A stretch of 64,000 nt of DNA. Origin: a virus (Duplodnaviria > Caudoviricetes). Positions 26,147 through 34,069 of this stretch are shown one piece after another. The translations under genes were made by a program, and so were the position numbers. Location of the stretch: positions 1 to 64,000 of the IMG/VR virus record IMGVR_UViG_3300006467_000134; one strand, given 5' to 3'. A model generated the notes under the pieces. The model ran no database searches, was not told where the DNA came from, and saw nothing but the letters and a program-made list of their open reading frames with translations. Position 1 is the stretch's first letter, and every line of letters begins with the position of its first letter.

Positions 26147-26477
26147 CAGTTTCAACCTCCGGCACAATTCCAAATTCAATGAAATTAGTTACGTCTCGTG
26201 AGAAGTCGGAAACCAATTCACTCAAATCACCCAATTTTTCTCGAACGATCTCTGCAGCTCGGTGGTTCAAAGAGTCATTCACGCATTTTTGCCAGTGCTG
26301 AGCAAACTCATTCACATCTGCTGGCCGGCCATTGATGAGAACCTGAACCTCGACTTCCTGAGATTCTCGGAATTCCTCAACAATCTGAGGGTATTGGGTA
26401 ACTGCTTCCAGAACCCAATGAGACAGTAAATTCTTCTCGTCAAGAATGGTTTCAAGACCAATTTTCAAAGATGTCAT
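26136..26477 (-). CDS. hypothetical protein
   Basis: Coupled ORF. Confidence 0.65.
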   Translation of the reverse strand: MTSLKIGLETILDEKNLLSHWVLEAVTQYPQIVEEFRESQEVEVQVLINGRPADVNEFAQHWQKCVNDSLNHRAAEIVREKLGDLSELVSDFSRDVTNFIEFGIVPEVETDEH

Positions 26478-26674
26478 CAGTTTCCCCTGAATTCTAGCCC
26501 AGTAAATTTGAACGCACTATCCTGGGCGTCTTCAACTACGTCCTTTTTGTCCAGGCACTCATGTTCAGTCGCCCACTGCTCTACGAGCTCTTCTGGTGTA
26601 TTGTCCACCAGGTCAGCCTCAGTGACTGTCAGGAAGTGATTGTAGGCTCGCTCGTAAATTTGTACGTCACTCAT
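26477..26674 (-). CDS. hypothetical protein
   Basis: Coupled ORF. Confidence 0.6.
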   Translation of the reverse strand: MSDVQIYERAYNHFLTVTEADLVDNTPEELVEQWATEHECLDKKDVVEDAQDSAFKFTGLEFRGN

Positions 26675-26966
26675 GGTTTGTTTCTCTCTGATAGATGTTG
26701 AACATTTCCTGCCGAACCTCAAGGGGAAGATCGGCAAACTTGCGGGGAGTTATTCTGGTTGGTTTCGACTCAGGCTCGTAGCACTTTCGGTGACTGATGT
26801 CCCAGTGCCAAAGTCCGTCTGAGTTCTGGAACACTGCTACGCCTTCGTATTCAAACTGTTCAGCGTAGGTGAAGTAAACCAGCCAATCAAACTCGACAAC
26901 ACTAAGATACGCCTCATCCTCGACCTCGTCAACCCCTACATTAAAAATATTCCTTGTCTTCGTCAT
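26667..26966 (-). CDS. hypothetical protein
   Basis: ORF track. Confidence 0.6.
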   Translation of the reverse strand: MTKTRNIFNVGVDEVEDEAYLSVVEFDWLVYFTYAEQFEYEGVAVFQNSDGLWHWDISHRKCYEPESKPTRITPRKFADLPLEVRQEMFNIYQRETNHE

Positions 26967-27192
26967 TTTTCAGGGCTCTCCAGGTAAAGTAGTAGACGTA
27001 AACGTCGGTGAAGGTTAATCGGTCGAATTCTACCTGGACCCAGGAATTTGTCCTCTCCCAGCCAGGAATGTGGCTATTCCCATCTTCCTTGACAACGTGG
27101 GCTGTGGCCTGTCGCCAGGCTGATTGACAAGCCAAATCAAAATTCGGAATCGGTTGGTATACTCTCGTCGTCCCGCTTGCTAATTCTTTCAT
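26941..27192 (-). CDS. hypothetical protein
   Basis: ORF track. Confidence 0.6.
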   Translation of the reverse strand: MKELASGTTRVYQPIPNFDLACQSAWRQATAHVVKEDGNSHIPGWERTNSWVQVEFDRLTFTDVYVYYFTWRALKNDEDKEYF

Positions 27193-27391
27193 GATATTTC
27201 TCGTTTGCAAATAACCACAAAGCGGCACAAGGTACAAGGCTAAACAAAGGCCACAATAGCGGCAGGAAAATAGATGCCATCAACTCATCTTCAGACATTT
27301 TCTTCTCTACCGGAGCCAGGAGCAACCAATACAGGAAGACACCGCAGTAAATGACGAAAGATACCAACAGGTATAAGACAATCCAAATCAT
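27137..27391 (-). CDS. small 2-TM membrane protein (WP motif)
   Basis: LLWP. Confidence 0.65.
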   Translation of the reverse strand: MIWIVLYLLVSFVIYCGVFLYWLLLAPVEKKMSEDELMASIFLPLLWPLFSLVPCAALWLFANEKYHERISKRDDESIPTDSEF

Positions 27392-27645
27392 TTCAAACCT
27401 ACCTTTTCTCTGATAGTCTTCCTAATGGTGTTCCCATGCTCTTCCAGGAAATAGTAGAACATTATACCTAGAGCAAGTGGCCAAACGGCAACAAAGAGTA
27501 AACCGAAAAAACCATAATGAACCGACTGTTCCATTGTGCATTCGTGCTGACCTGGTTTACTGTCTACAAATCTCCACACTGCCAAGCAGCCAAGGCAGAA
27601 GAACCCAAACAGAAAGTATGCAATAAAGAAAATGATCTGAATCAT
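27388..27645 (-). CDS. small 2-TM membrane protein (WP motif)
   Basis: AVWP. Confidence 0.65.
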   Translation of the reverse strand: MIQIIFFIAYFLFGFFCLGCLAVWRFVDSKPGQHECTMEQSVHYGFFGLLFVAVWPLALGIMFYYFLEEHGNTIRKTIREKVGLK

Positions 27646-27998
27646 TACTGTTCCCTTTTCTGTCGTAGGAATTCTTCAAACTCGGCCATGGTCTCTTCAG
27701 TGAATCCCACCTGGGCAGCTGCCTTTTTTGCCCGGATCTCTTCTCGCCACTTTGGAAGTATCTTTGATACAACACTCTCGATACCCTTAAGAGCTGCAAG
27801 AAATACGACTATAGGCCAGGCTATCCCAATTACTAACCCCAACAGAGGTATGGCGACAACCAGAGGGAAATCATCATCTACTTCAAAGAATCGTTTCCAC
27901 TCCTCTGTCTCCTCTCCGTAGAGGTACCAGAGAAGAACCGAAACAAGAAAACCGATAAAAACCACTCCGATAAAGGCTAGGTAAATATCAAATATCAT
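27645..27998 (-). CDS. small 2-TM membrane protein (WP motif)
   Basis: IAWP. Confidence 0.65.
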   Translation of the reverse strand: MIFDIYLAFIGVVFIGFLVSVLLWYLYGEETEEWKRFFEVDDDFPLVVAIPLLGLVIGIAWPIVVFLAALKGIESVVSKILPKWREEIRAKKAAAQVGFTEETMAEFEEFLRQKREQ

Positions 27999-28207
27999 TA
28001 TTCTTCCTTTTCATCCTCATATTCGCCCCAGGGAACAATCTTTTGCCAGAACTGGTTGTCTTCCTCGTTCCGGATAGTTTCTTCCCTCTGTTCAATCTTT
28101 GTTCGCTCGATCTCCTGCTGCTTTAGGAGCACAGAGGTGTGACTGATAATAGCAGCCACCAGCACCAAACAAAAACAGGCAAACGCAATCAATCCCAGAT
28201 GTTTCAT
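27998..28207 (-). CDS. single-TM protein
   Basis: AGGAG RBS. Confidence 0.65.
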   Translation of the reverse strand: MKHLGLIAFACFCLVLVAAIISHTSVLLKQQEIERTKIEQREETIRNEEDNQFWQKIVPWGEYEDEKEE

Positions 28208-28215
28208 AAGTTCTC

Positions 28216-28695
28216 CTAGTAACCGTTTTGTAAACTATCAATCTTTTGGTTCTGTTCTTTGATCTGTAGTTGTAGACCTTCCACAACTGATTCCAGATCC
28301 TTGATTCGAGCATCGGTAATGATCTCTGGATAAGCTTCCACGATCATACGACGCATTCTAATTTGGTATGTTTCAAATAACTCACCATGAATCATTGAAG
28401 CCCACGGTTGCCCACCGTCAGATCCTCCGGTTCGATACCGGTCAGAGTCATTGCCCCCTAACAACTTTTTGGCTGCATCTTTGTCTCCGCGGAGAAGGGC
28501 TTCAATGTAGCTGGTGGCACGAGTTGCTGCATGTTCAGTGATCAAACTTCCGCAATGTTCCACCAACTTGTCATACTCATCATCGATAATTTGAGAAACC
28601 TCTTTTTTGATTGCTTCTCGACGTTGTTCTGTGAGAAACTTTTTGCAGGTTTCACTGTCATCCTGGCTGTAGTCGTGTAGTTCGGAAATGTACAT
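28216..28695 (-). CDS. hypothetical helical protein
   Basis: GAGGA RBS. Confidence 0.7.
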   Translation of the reverse strand: MYISELHDYSQDDSETCKKFLTEQRREAIKKEVSQIIDDEYDKLVEHCGSLITEHAATRATSYIEALLRGDKDAAKKLLGGNDSDRYRTGGSDGGQPWASMIHGELFETYQIRMRRMIVEAYPEIITDARIKDLESVVEGLQLQIKEQNQKIDSLQNGY

Positions 28696-28696
28696 T

Positions 28697-28975
28697 CTAA
28701 TCCTCGTCTCGGCACCAGCCGTAGGTATGGTGACAACTGTTGAAAAGAGATTCTATCTCTTCCGAATTATCGTGTGTTTGTGAGTGGTAGGTGTAATCAG
28801 TATCAACAAAGTTGTCCAGGAGCATCTTGAGCTCGGCTTGGGATAACGGTCTGTCGGTATGAGAGTAAGCTTCCTCAAATCTACGACGACAATCTTTGCA
28901 AATGTTATAATCCGAAAACTGGTAGTCACGCATGATGTTCTGGCATGACTGCACACTACAAAGAATTACTCCCAT
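28697..28975 (-). CDS. Cys-rich hypothetical protein
   Basis: AGGAG RBS; C..C motifs. Confidence 0.65.
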   Translation of the reverse strand: MGVILCSVQSCQNIMRDYQFSDYNICKDCRRRFEEAYSHTDRPLSQAELKMLLDNFVDTDYTYHSQTHDNSEEIESLFNSCHHTYGWCRDED

Positions 28976-28995
28976 TTCTTTCTCCTATATTAAAA

Positions 28996-29168
28996 GGGCA
29001 GTAGTCTCACTTGAGACATCTCCAACCTCCACGGTTAGTGTGGTAAGCCTCAACCCTATGATACTTACACGACCCGGTATCGATATTAGCGTTAATAGGA
29101 CCTACGCAACCAGATCCCACTGCCGTCGCAGTCGTCATCAACCTGGTTTACATTCCACCATACTACCC
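28996..29168 (-). ncRNA. multi-hairpin structured RNA (RNA-2)
   Basis: Closing stem GGGTAGTA/TACTGCCC; AACCAG/CTGGTT, ACTGC/GCAGT, GATAC/GTATC and GTCTC/GAGAC stems; directly 3' of tRNA-Thr. Confidence 0.6.
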
Positions 29169-29171
29169 AAG

Positions 29172-29244
29172 AGCCTTTAGTAGGATTCGAACCCACGACC
29201 GTCTGATTACAAGTCAGATGCTCTACCAACTGAGCTATAAAGGC
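29172..29244 (-). tRNA. tRNA-Thr(TGT)
   Basis: Canonical cloverleaf GCCTTTA...TCTGA-CT-TGT-AA-TCAGA...TTCGAAT...TAAAGGC. Confidence 0.95.
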
Positions 29245-29352
29245 TGCGAAAGAGAAAATACTGTTATCCTTGCATGACGGGAACAGCGACCGCCCCTGCC
29301 CTCCCTCTTGGTTAATGGTTTTTAATATTGGTGTCCCACGCACTCGTAAAAG

Positions 29353-29484
29353 TGGGCCGGACGGATTCGAACCGCTTTACCTTACCCGTCCAAGGCGTCA
29401 CGCCTTTTAGGATTACTCGACCCATTTGCCGGTCTCTCCCGGCTGTCAAGCCTAGTGTCTTTTGATCCTCAATAGCATCCCGGC
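29353..29484 (-). ncRNA. tRNA-like RNA with T-arm and CCA end but no canonical anticodon arm (RNA-3)
   Basis: GCGG-TTCGAAT-CCGT-CCGGC-CCA; internal GCCGG-GAGAGA-CCGGC and AAGGCG-TGA-CGCCTT hairpins. Confidence 0.55.
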
Positions 29485-29492
29485 TTCCCCGC

Positions 29493-29864
29493 TCACGTCT
29501 TTGGAATATTCTCTCCGCGTTCGACTTTGATCTTGACTTCGGCGATTGCAAACACGTTTGAGGAAGCAACATTCAAACAGTCAGACAGGCTCTTATGAAG
29601 TGCACCTAATTGTCCGTTCTCGTAGATGTTTGTCCACCTTGTTAATTCTCGTACTTCCGGGGCTTCCTCAAGATTTAGACCTTCCGCGGCTGACTGAAAA
29701 ATACCGCCTTGATGAATACCCCTCTCATTCCAAGCAGAAAGATTCCAGTTACCTTCGCTGGTTTCATAGGCACCATGCCACCAACCATTGTTGTTGTATG
29801 CGTACAACCGGACATTTCTTTTGCTCCCTATCGTACGGTAGCTCTTTGATTGATCGATTTTCAT
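29493..29864 (-). CDS. hypothetical protein
   Basis: ORF track. Confidence 0.65.
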   Translation of the reverse strand: MKIDQSKSYRTIGSKRNVRLYAYNNNGWWHGAYETSEGNWNLSAWNERGIHQGGIFQSAAEGLNLEEAPEVRELTRWTNIYENGQLGALHKSLSDCLNVASSNVFAIAEVKIKVERGENIPKT

Positions 29865-29865
29865 G

Positions 29866-30156
29866 TTACGATGCCTTTCGGTTCTTCAGCCAGTTGATGA
29901 GTTTTTGGCTCGTGAGAGGAAGATTCAAGGCTTCCTCTGGAGTCATTTCGCCGTAGCGTACTGCGGAACGGATGCCAGTAACCTTACCAGCTCGGCCTTC
30001 CTTTGCACACTCAGCAGCACGTTGCTCGGCTTGCTGGCGACGTTGTTCCTTCAGGTAGCCGTAGCGACCACCTTCCGACTTGCGGTTGTTAATGCCTTTG
30101 TTGAGAACAACGCTAGTTCCCACTTGTTTTGCACCATTTGGTCCTGTTCGTGACAT
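29866..30156 (-). CDS. basic hypothetical protein
   Basis: GAGGAG RBS. Confidence 0.65.
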   Translation of the reverse strand: MSRTGPNGAKQVGTSVVLNKGINNRKSEGGRYGYLKEQRRQQAEQRAAECAKEGRAGKVTGIRSAVRYGEMTPEEALNLPLTSQKLINWLKNRKAS

Positions 30157-30193
30157 TTCAGTCTCCTCTAAATAGAATCGTTGACAAAACAAG

Positions 30194-30265
30194 TACTCCC
30201 TGGGGGATTCGAACCCGCCTCCTCCCGATAGAAAGTCGGGAATTCTTCCAGTAAACTAAGGGAGC
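30194..30265 (-). tRNA. tRNA-Glu(TTC)
   Basis: GCTCCCT/AGGGAGT, CCCGA-CT-TTC-TA-TCGGG, TTCGAAT; one T-stem mismatch. Confidence 0.85.
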
Positions 30266-30270
30266 AAAAA

Positions 30271-30344
30271 AGTTATCCGCCGCGGCCAGTATTCCAGCAC
30301 CACCGTATCGGCCAGGTATTCCCAACCCAGTGTGGCGGACAACT
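30271..30344 (-). ncRNA. small structured RNA (RNA-4)
   Basis: 13-nt near-perfect closing stem AGTTGTCCGCCAC/GCGGCGGATAACT with two inner GGAATAC-containing hairpins. Confidence 0.5.
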
Positions 30345-30348
30345 AAAC

Positions 30349-30427
30349 AATAGGGGATGGGAATTATTCCCACCGACTACCCGACCAGTAATGGCCTAAT
30401 CTGTGTTCGCGAGCACACCACCCTATT
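30349..30427 (-). ncRNA. cloverleaf-like RNA (RNA-5)
   Basis: AATAGGG/CCCTATT closing TGTG/CACA, GATTA-GGCCA/TGGTC-TAGTC and GGTGGGAA/TTCCCATC arms. Confidence 0.5.
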
Positions 30428-30659
30428 TGTTTTCTTGTTTCCGCTTTTTGCGGTCAGCTTTGAGTTCCGTCAGGCGAGCCTGCTTGACGGCGAAGGTTTC
30501 TCCATCGTGGTCCTCACTGTTGAGCCACTGTTGGTAGGTTTTGCGTTTGTCGCCCTTTGGACGGGGACCCTGCAGAAAGTTGTCATCTGCGTGCTGGATC
30601 CAGAATTGGCGACCGTTGGCGTGAAGTCCGGTGTATAGGTTTTTGTTACTCATCGTCAT
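30423..30659 (-). CDS. hypothetical protein
   Basis: Own promoter. Confidence 0.7.
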   Translation of the reverse strand: MTMSNKNLYTGLHANGRQFWIQHADDNFLQGPRPKGDKRKTYQQWLNSEDHDGETFAVKQARLTELKADRKKRKQENK

Positions 30660-30690
30660 CTCCGAGTAAAAGGGGTTGTTTGATGCGTTG

Positions 30691-30718
30691 ATTGTACCAG
30701 TTCTACGAAGCTGGTCAA
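30691..30718 (-). promoter_or_regulatory. promoter upstream of the tRNA/ncRNA-containing region
   Basis: TTGACC-N16-TACAAT. Confidence 0.6.
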
Positions 30719-30737
30719 TAGGTTGTTCGACAAATTC

Positions 30738-31010
30738 TCAGAAAATTTCAGGGTTGTCAAGTTCCAGGTCTGATTCCTGGTAAAACAATTCGTTGTGCAC
30801 GATGTTCAGGCGTCCTGAGCTGATGTCAGCGATTGAGGCACCCATAAGGGCCTGATCGTGGTCACCTTCCAGCTGCTTGATCGCCTGAGCGTACTCAGCC
30901 GTACTGTGGATATCAGCGTTTTTAATCCAGGACTTCAGATCGTCCAGATTGTCGCTGGCTCGTACAGGAACATCCTGTACCTCTCCATGGATAATTAGGA
31001 TGTATTTCAT
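30738..31010 (-). CDS. hypothetical protein
   Basis: Coupled ORF. Confidence 0.65.
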   Translation of the reverse strand: MKYILIIHGEVQDVPVRASDNLDDLKSWIKNADIHSTAEYAQAIKQLEGDHDQALMGASIADISSGRLNIVHNELFYQESDLELDNPEIF

Positions 31011-31285
31011 CCAATCACCTCGAAAATCTCTCCGTTGGCTCGGAGTTCCTTGATGGTACTGAAGTTGATCGACCGGTAGTCGCCCTTCTGCATGTCAAAA
31101 ACAGGCAGCAGGTTGTACTTGGCAGGATCGTAGCTCAGCTCACCTCCCTTGAGGTGGCTCTTGACGTTCAGACGGCAGTTCATCCGACGCTCATCGCCAT
31201 TGTTCTTGATGAACGTAACGCCAAAGACTTTCTGTCCTTGATCGTGGATCAGACGCTTGGCTTGATCTTGAGTGATAGTAGCCAT
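31007..31285 (-). CDS. SH3-barrel/WYL-like (DUF2693-type) protein
   Basis: VTFIK.NG.ER.M.C...VFDM.K..YRSI. Confidence 0.7.
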   Translation of the reverse strand: MATITQDQAKRLIHDQGQKVFGVTFIKNNGDERRMNCRLNVKSHLKGGELSYDPAKYNLLPVFDMQKGDYRSINFSTIKELRANGEIFEVIG

Positions 31286-31360
31286 GATTGTTTCTCCTAA
31301 ATCGATGCTAAGATAATGAAAATGATTGTCAGCAGTATTATGGCTGCTATGCCAGTGATT

Positions 31361-31663
31361 CTAAACTTTGATGGTCTCATGTGTCAAGACCTCTTTTTGA
31401 AATTTCTTCAGCTCGTTAAAAGCTTCGGTCATTTCTTCCCGGGCGGCCTGAAGGGTGGCTTTCCGAGTTTGTTCTGCCCCAAGTGGATTGTACTTGTATG
31501 GGCCGATCTCTGTCAAGTAGGATTTTCCAAACTTTCCCTGAGCCCAGATGTTGTAGTAAACGTAAACGATTCCGCCGCGGCGTTCGGTCACCCGCTTGTG
31601 GTGCAAAGTACCAGTCTGCAGGGTCAATTTCTGAAAGTCAGTCAGTCGTTCTGCGTAAGACAT
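31361..31663 (-). CDS. hypothetical protein
   Basis: GGAGGA RBS. Confidence 0.6.
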   Translation of the reverse strand: MSYAERLTDFQKLTLQTGTLHHKRVTERRGGIVYVYYNIWAQGKFGKSYLTEIGPYKYNPLGAEQTRKATLQAAREEMTEAFNELKKFQKEVLTHETIKV

Positions 31664-31709
31664 TGTTTTGTCCTCCTGTCCCATAAGTTTAGCAGATAGG
31701 GAAGTCGTG

Positions 31710-32000
31710 TCAATCCCGCAATTCCAAAAAACTTTCAGCATCCCAAGGATGCCCTCCCTCAGCAATACTCACATCCCCCACACAGTCCATCTGCTGCCAT
31801 ACCGTAATTTCAAGCTTTCCACAGTAGATACCGTTCCTCAGGAATAGCACAGTACTTGGGGTGTCCCTTTCTGAGGCTTTTACGTACACCTGATAGCCAA
31901 GGAAATTGTTCTTGAGGTATTTTACTACCGGCTTGCCGGCCAACGTCTTGTGAATGTAGCCAGGCACTGGTTTTTCAAGTTGGTAGGTAGTATTATTCAC
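31710..32000 (-). CDS. hypothetical protein
   Basis: ORF track. Confidence 0.55.
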   Translation of the reverse strand: MNNTTYQLEKPVPGYIHKTLAGKPVVKYLKNNFLGYQVYVKASERDTPSTVLFLRNGIYCGKLEITVWQQMDCVGDVSIAEGGHPWDAESFLELRD

Positions 32001-32229
32001 TTATTTTTTTCCAGTCTAAGTCATACCCAGCGACAATCTCTCCAATTTTACCGACGCTCAAGATTCCCTGGCGTTCCAGCTCCTCTAGGAGCCGAGCGTA
32101 AGACTGAACCAGGTTTGATTGGGTAGCCCGCAGTTGTTCGAGCTGCCCTTCTGAAAATGTGTCGTTGATCTGATCTTCAACAGCCGTCTCAAGGCTAGTT
32201 TCATTACTGTAACCCGTTTTCACTTTCAT
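31993..32229 (-). CDS. hypothetical protein
   Basis: ORF track. Confidence 0.6.
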   Translation of the reverse strand: MKVKTGYSNETSLETAVEDQINDTFSEGQLEQLRATQSNLVQSYARLLEELERQGILSVGKIGEIVAGYDLDWKKISE

Positions 32230-32395
32230 TTTTAAACCTTTCTTGTCGTCGTTGATAATTGTAGTTCTGCCAATAGGCGATTTGTGCTTTGTCCTGGCTT
32301 CGGTGCCAACTGGTTGTTACCTTACCACAGGAGCAATGGGCTTGGCAATCCCCATTTTTAAAGTCATACCGTGGCTGCTGATGTTTACAGGTCAT
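32204..32395 (-). CDS. small Cys-rich protein
   Basis: CKH...CSCG. Confidence 0.55.
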   Translation of the reverse strand: MTCKHQQPRYDFKNGDCQAHCSCGKVTTSWHRSQDKAQIAYWQNYNYQRRQERFKNESENGLQ

Positions 32396-32852
32396 CTGGA
32401 TCTTCCTTTTTGCCGTAGTCTTCCAAAAACTCATTGACTCGATAGTGTACATCTGCAATGTTTTCCCCAGTTCCTGAGTCACGGGCCTTACAGAGTGCCT
32501 GAAGGACCTCCTCAGCGGCTGCAACTTCAATGGTGGAATCATAACGACCGCAGTCAGTTGGGTCAACCTGGCATCGTAAATGTTCTTCCTTGACGATTTT
32601 CATTTCCCGCTGAATCTGGGTTCGCTCTTCCCACAATTTCTGTTGGTAGTGCTCCATCAGCTCGTAGTAGAACTTAGCGTAAGATACGCGATCAGCTGCT
32701 CTCGCCCTATTAAGTGGGGTTCGTCCTGTAATGCCGTATGCCCACTGTTTATCGAGCATGTCGATATTGTACAGCTTTACATACAGATTCTTTATTCGTT
32801 CCCCGAACCCAGTGTCTTCCACTGGTCCAGGAATCCAAATATTCGACGCCAT
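32385..32852 (-). CDS. hypothetical protein
   Basis: ORF track. Confidence 0.65.
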   Translation of the reverse strand: MASNIWIPGPVEDTGFGERIKNLYVKLYNIDMLDKQWAYGITGRTPLNRARAADRVSYAKFYYELMEHYQQKLWEERTQIQREMKIVKEEHLRCQVDPTDCGRYDSTIEVAAAEEVLQALCKARDSGTGENIADVHYRVNEFLEDYGKKEDPDDL

Positions 32853-32854
32853 AA

Positions 32855-33196
32855 CTATTGGTCCTTAGTAATGGTTACCTTGGTTGAAACCCACTCGCCG
32901 GCTATCAGCTCGTAGTGATTGGTTACACTGTATGCTGTACAGCCCTCAAGATAATCTGTGAGATCAGGAAATTCAGTAATAGCCGGCTGTTGTAGTAGTT
33001 CAAGAAAGTACTCTTGAGTGCAGACACGATGTCCACTAGGAAGCTCATTTGCATAATAAGTTTTACCATTATCGCAATAGTAGAGATTCTCCGATTTTCC
33101 CTCCCAATCTGTACCGAATTTTTCGTTGATTCTTCTGATAGCCTCTTGTCCAGCAGAGGCCAGATTGTCGGAGCCTTTAAATACGTTAAGTACCAT
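32855..33196 (-). CDS. hypothetical protein
   Basis: ORF track. Confidence 0.6.
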   Translation of the reverse strand: MVLNVFKGSDNLASAGQEAIRRINEKFGTDWEGKSENLYYCDNGKTYYANELPSGHRVCTQEYFLELLQQPAITEFPDLTDYLEGCTAYSVTNHYELIAGEWVSTKVTITKDQ

Positions 33197-33197
33197 G

Positions 33198-33650
33198 CTA
33201 TTTTCCTTGTAGTTCTTTGAGTTGTCGGTTTAGATCCCACTTACGCCATTCATCGTAAGCTTTGTTGTATGCTTCCATCTGTGCTGTCCACTCCTCCAAG
33301 TTTTTCTTGAAGAGCCTCATTTTCTCTTTGTAGACTACGAGGTTCTTTTTGTACTGCCTCAGCTGCCGTTTGTAAGTCTCCGTCTGGATCTCGAAACTTT
33401 CATTCTCTACCCGCCGTTTTACATATACCTCGCAGCCTTCGTCATAGTAACCTTCCTGGATACGAATGTCAGTCATCTTGGAATTTGGATATTTTGACCG
33501 AACTTGTTCCACTATCTCTTGAAGCGTTAAGCCTTCACCAGAGAGATTTAGATACACTTCAGTATCTACTTCGATGATTCGATCTGGTTTTTGAGGCTCT
33601 GCAGGCTTGGCAGGCTTACGAGGCTTTTTTGGTTTTACTGGTTTCTTCAT
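33198..33650 (-). CDS. protein with Lys-Pro-rich N-terminus and C-terminal coiled coil
   Basis: KKPVKPKKPRKPAKP. Confidence 0.7.
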   Translation of the reverse strand: MKKPVKPKKPRKPAKPAEPQKPDRIIEVDTEVYLNLSGEGLTLQEIVEQVRSKYPNSKMTDIRIQEGYYDEGCEVYVKRRVENESFEIQTETYKRQLRQYKKNLVVYKEKMRLFKKNLEEWTAQMEAYNKAYDEWRKWDLNRQLKELQGK

Positions 33651-34069
33651 CCGAGCTCTTTCGCAATTGCCTGAAGTTCAAGTGCAGCCCGCTTCTCGGG
33701 ACTGATCAAGGTATTAACTTTGTCCTCCATCTGCTGAAGGCGAGCCTTTTTCTGACTAAGCTGCAGACGTGCCAGGCGAGTCTTGCAATCCTCTAGCCAC
33801 TGATCCGCCGAGTAGCCATCAATAATCGTGTCGGTTATATCTAGCCCAAGCTCTCGACAAGATTTGTGATGAAACTCTTTGGCAAAAATAACATCGGCAG
33901 CTACACGAACCAGCTTACTGACGTCGGTGACAACCTGTAGGTTCACAGTGTGGCCATTGATTTTGTAAGAGCAACTGGTTTGCCAGTTAGCCCTTTGAAT
34001 CGAGCTGATTTCAGCTTTTTGAGCTTGGATTGTCTTGAGAAGATCCAGGGCCAATTTGTCATTACTCAT
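33647..34069 (-). CDS. phage helical protein
   Basis: Coupled ORF. Confidence 0.7.
   Translation of the reverse strand: MSNDKLALDLLKTIQAQKAEISSIQRANWQTSCSYKINGHTVNLQVVTDVSKLVRVAADVIFAKEFHHKSCRELGLDITDTIIDGYSADQWLEDCKTRLARLQLSQKKARLQQMEDKVNTLISPEKRAALELQAIAKELG

Noticed and set aside
29110-29150. Hammerhead ribozyme (TGATGA followed by a hairpin)
   Set aside because: Lacks CTGATGA and the GAAA core
23867-29168. Two-piece tmRNA
   Set aside because: No G3-U70 alanine identity pair and no evident tag reading frame
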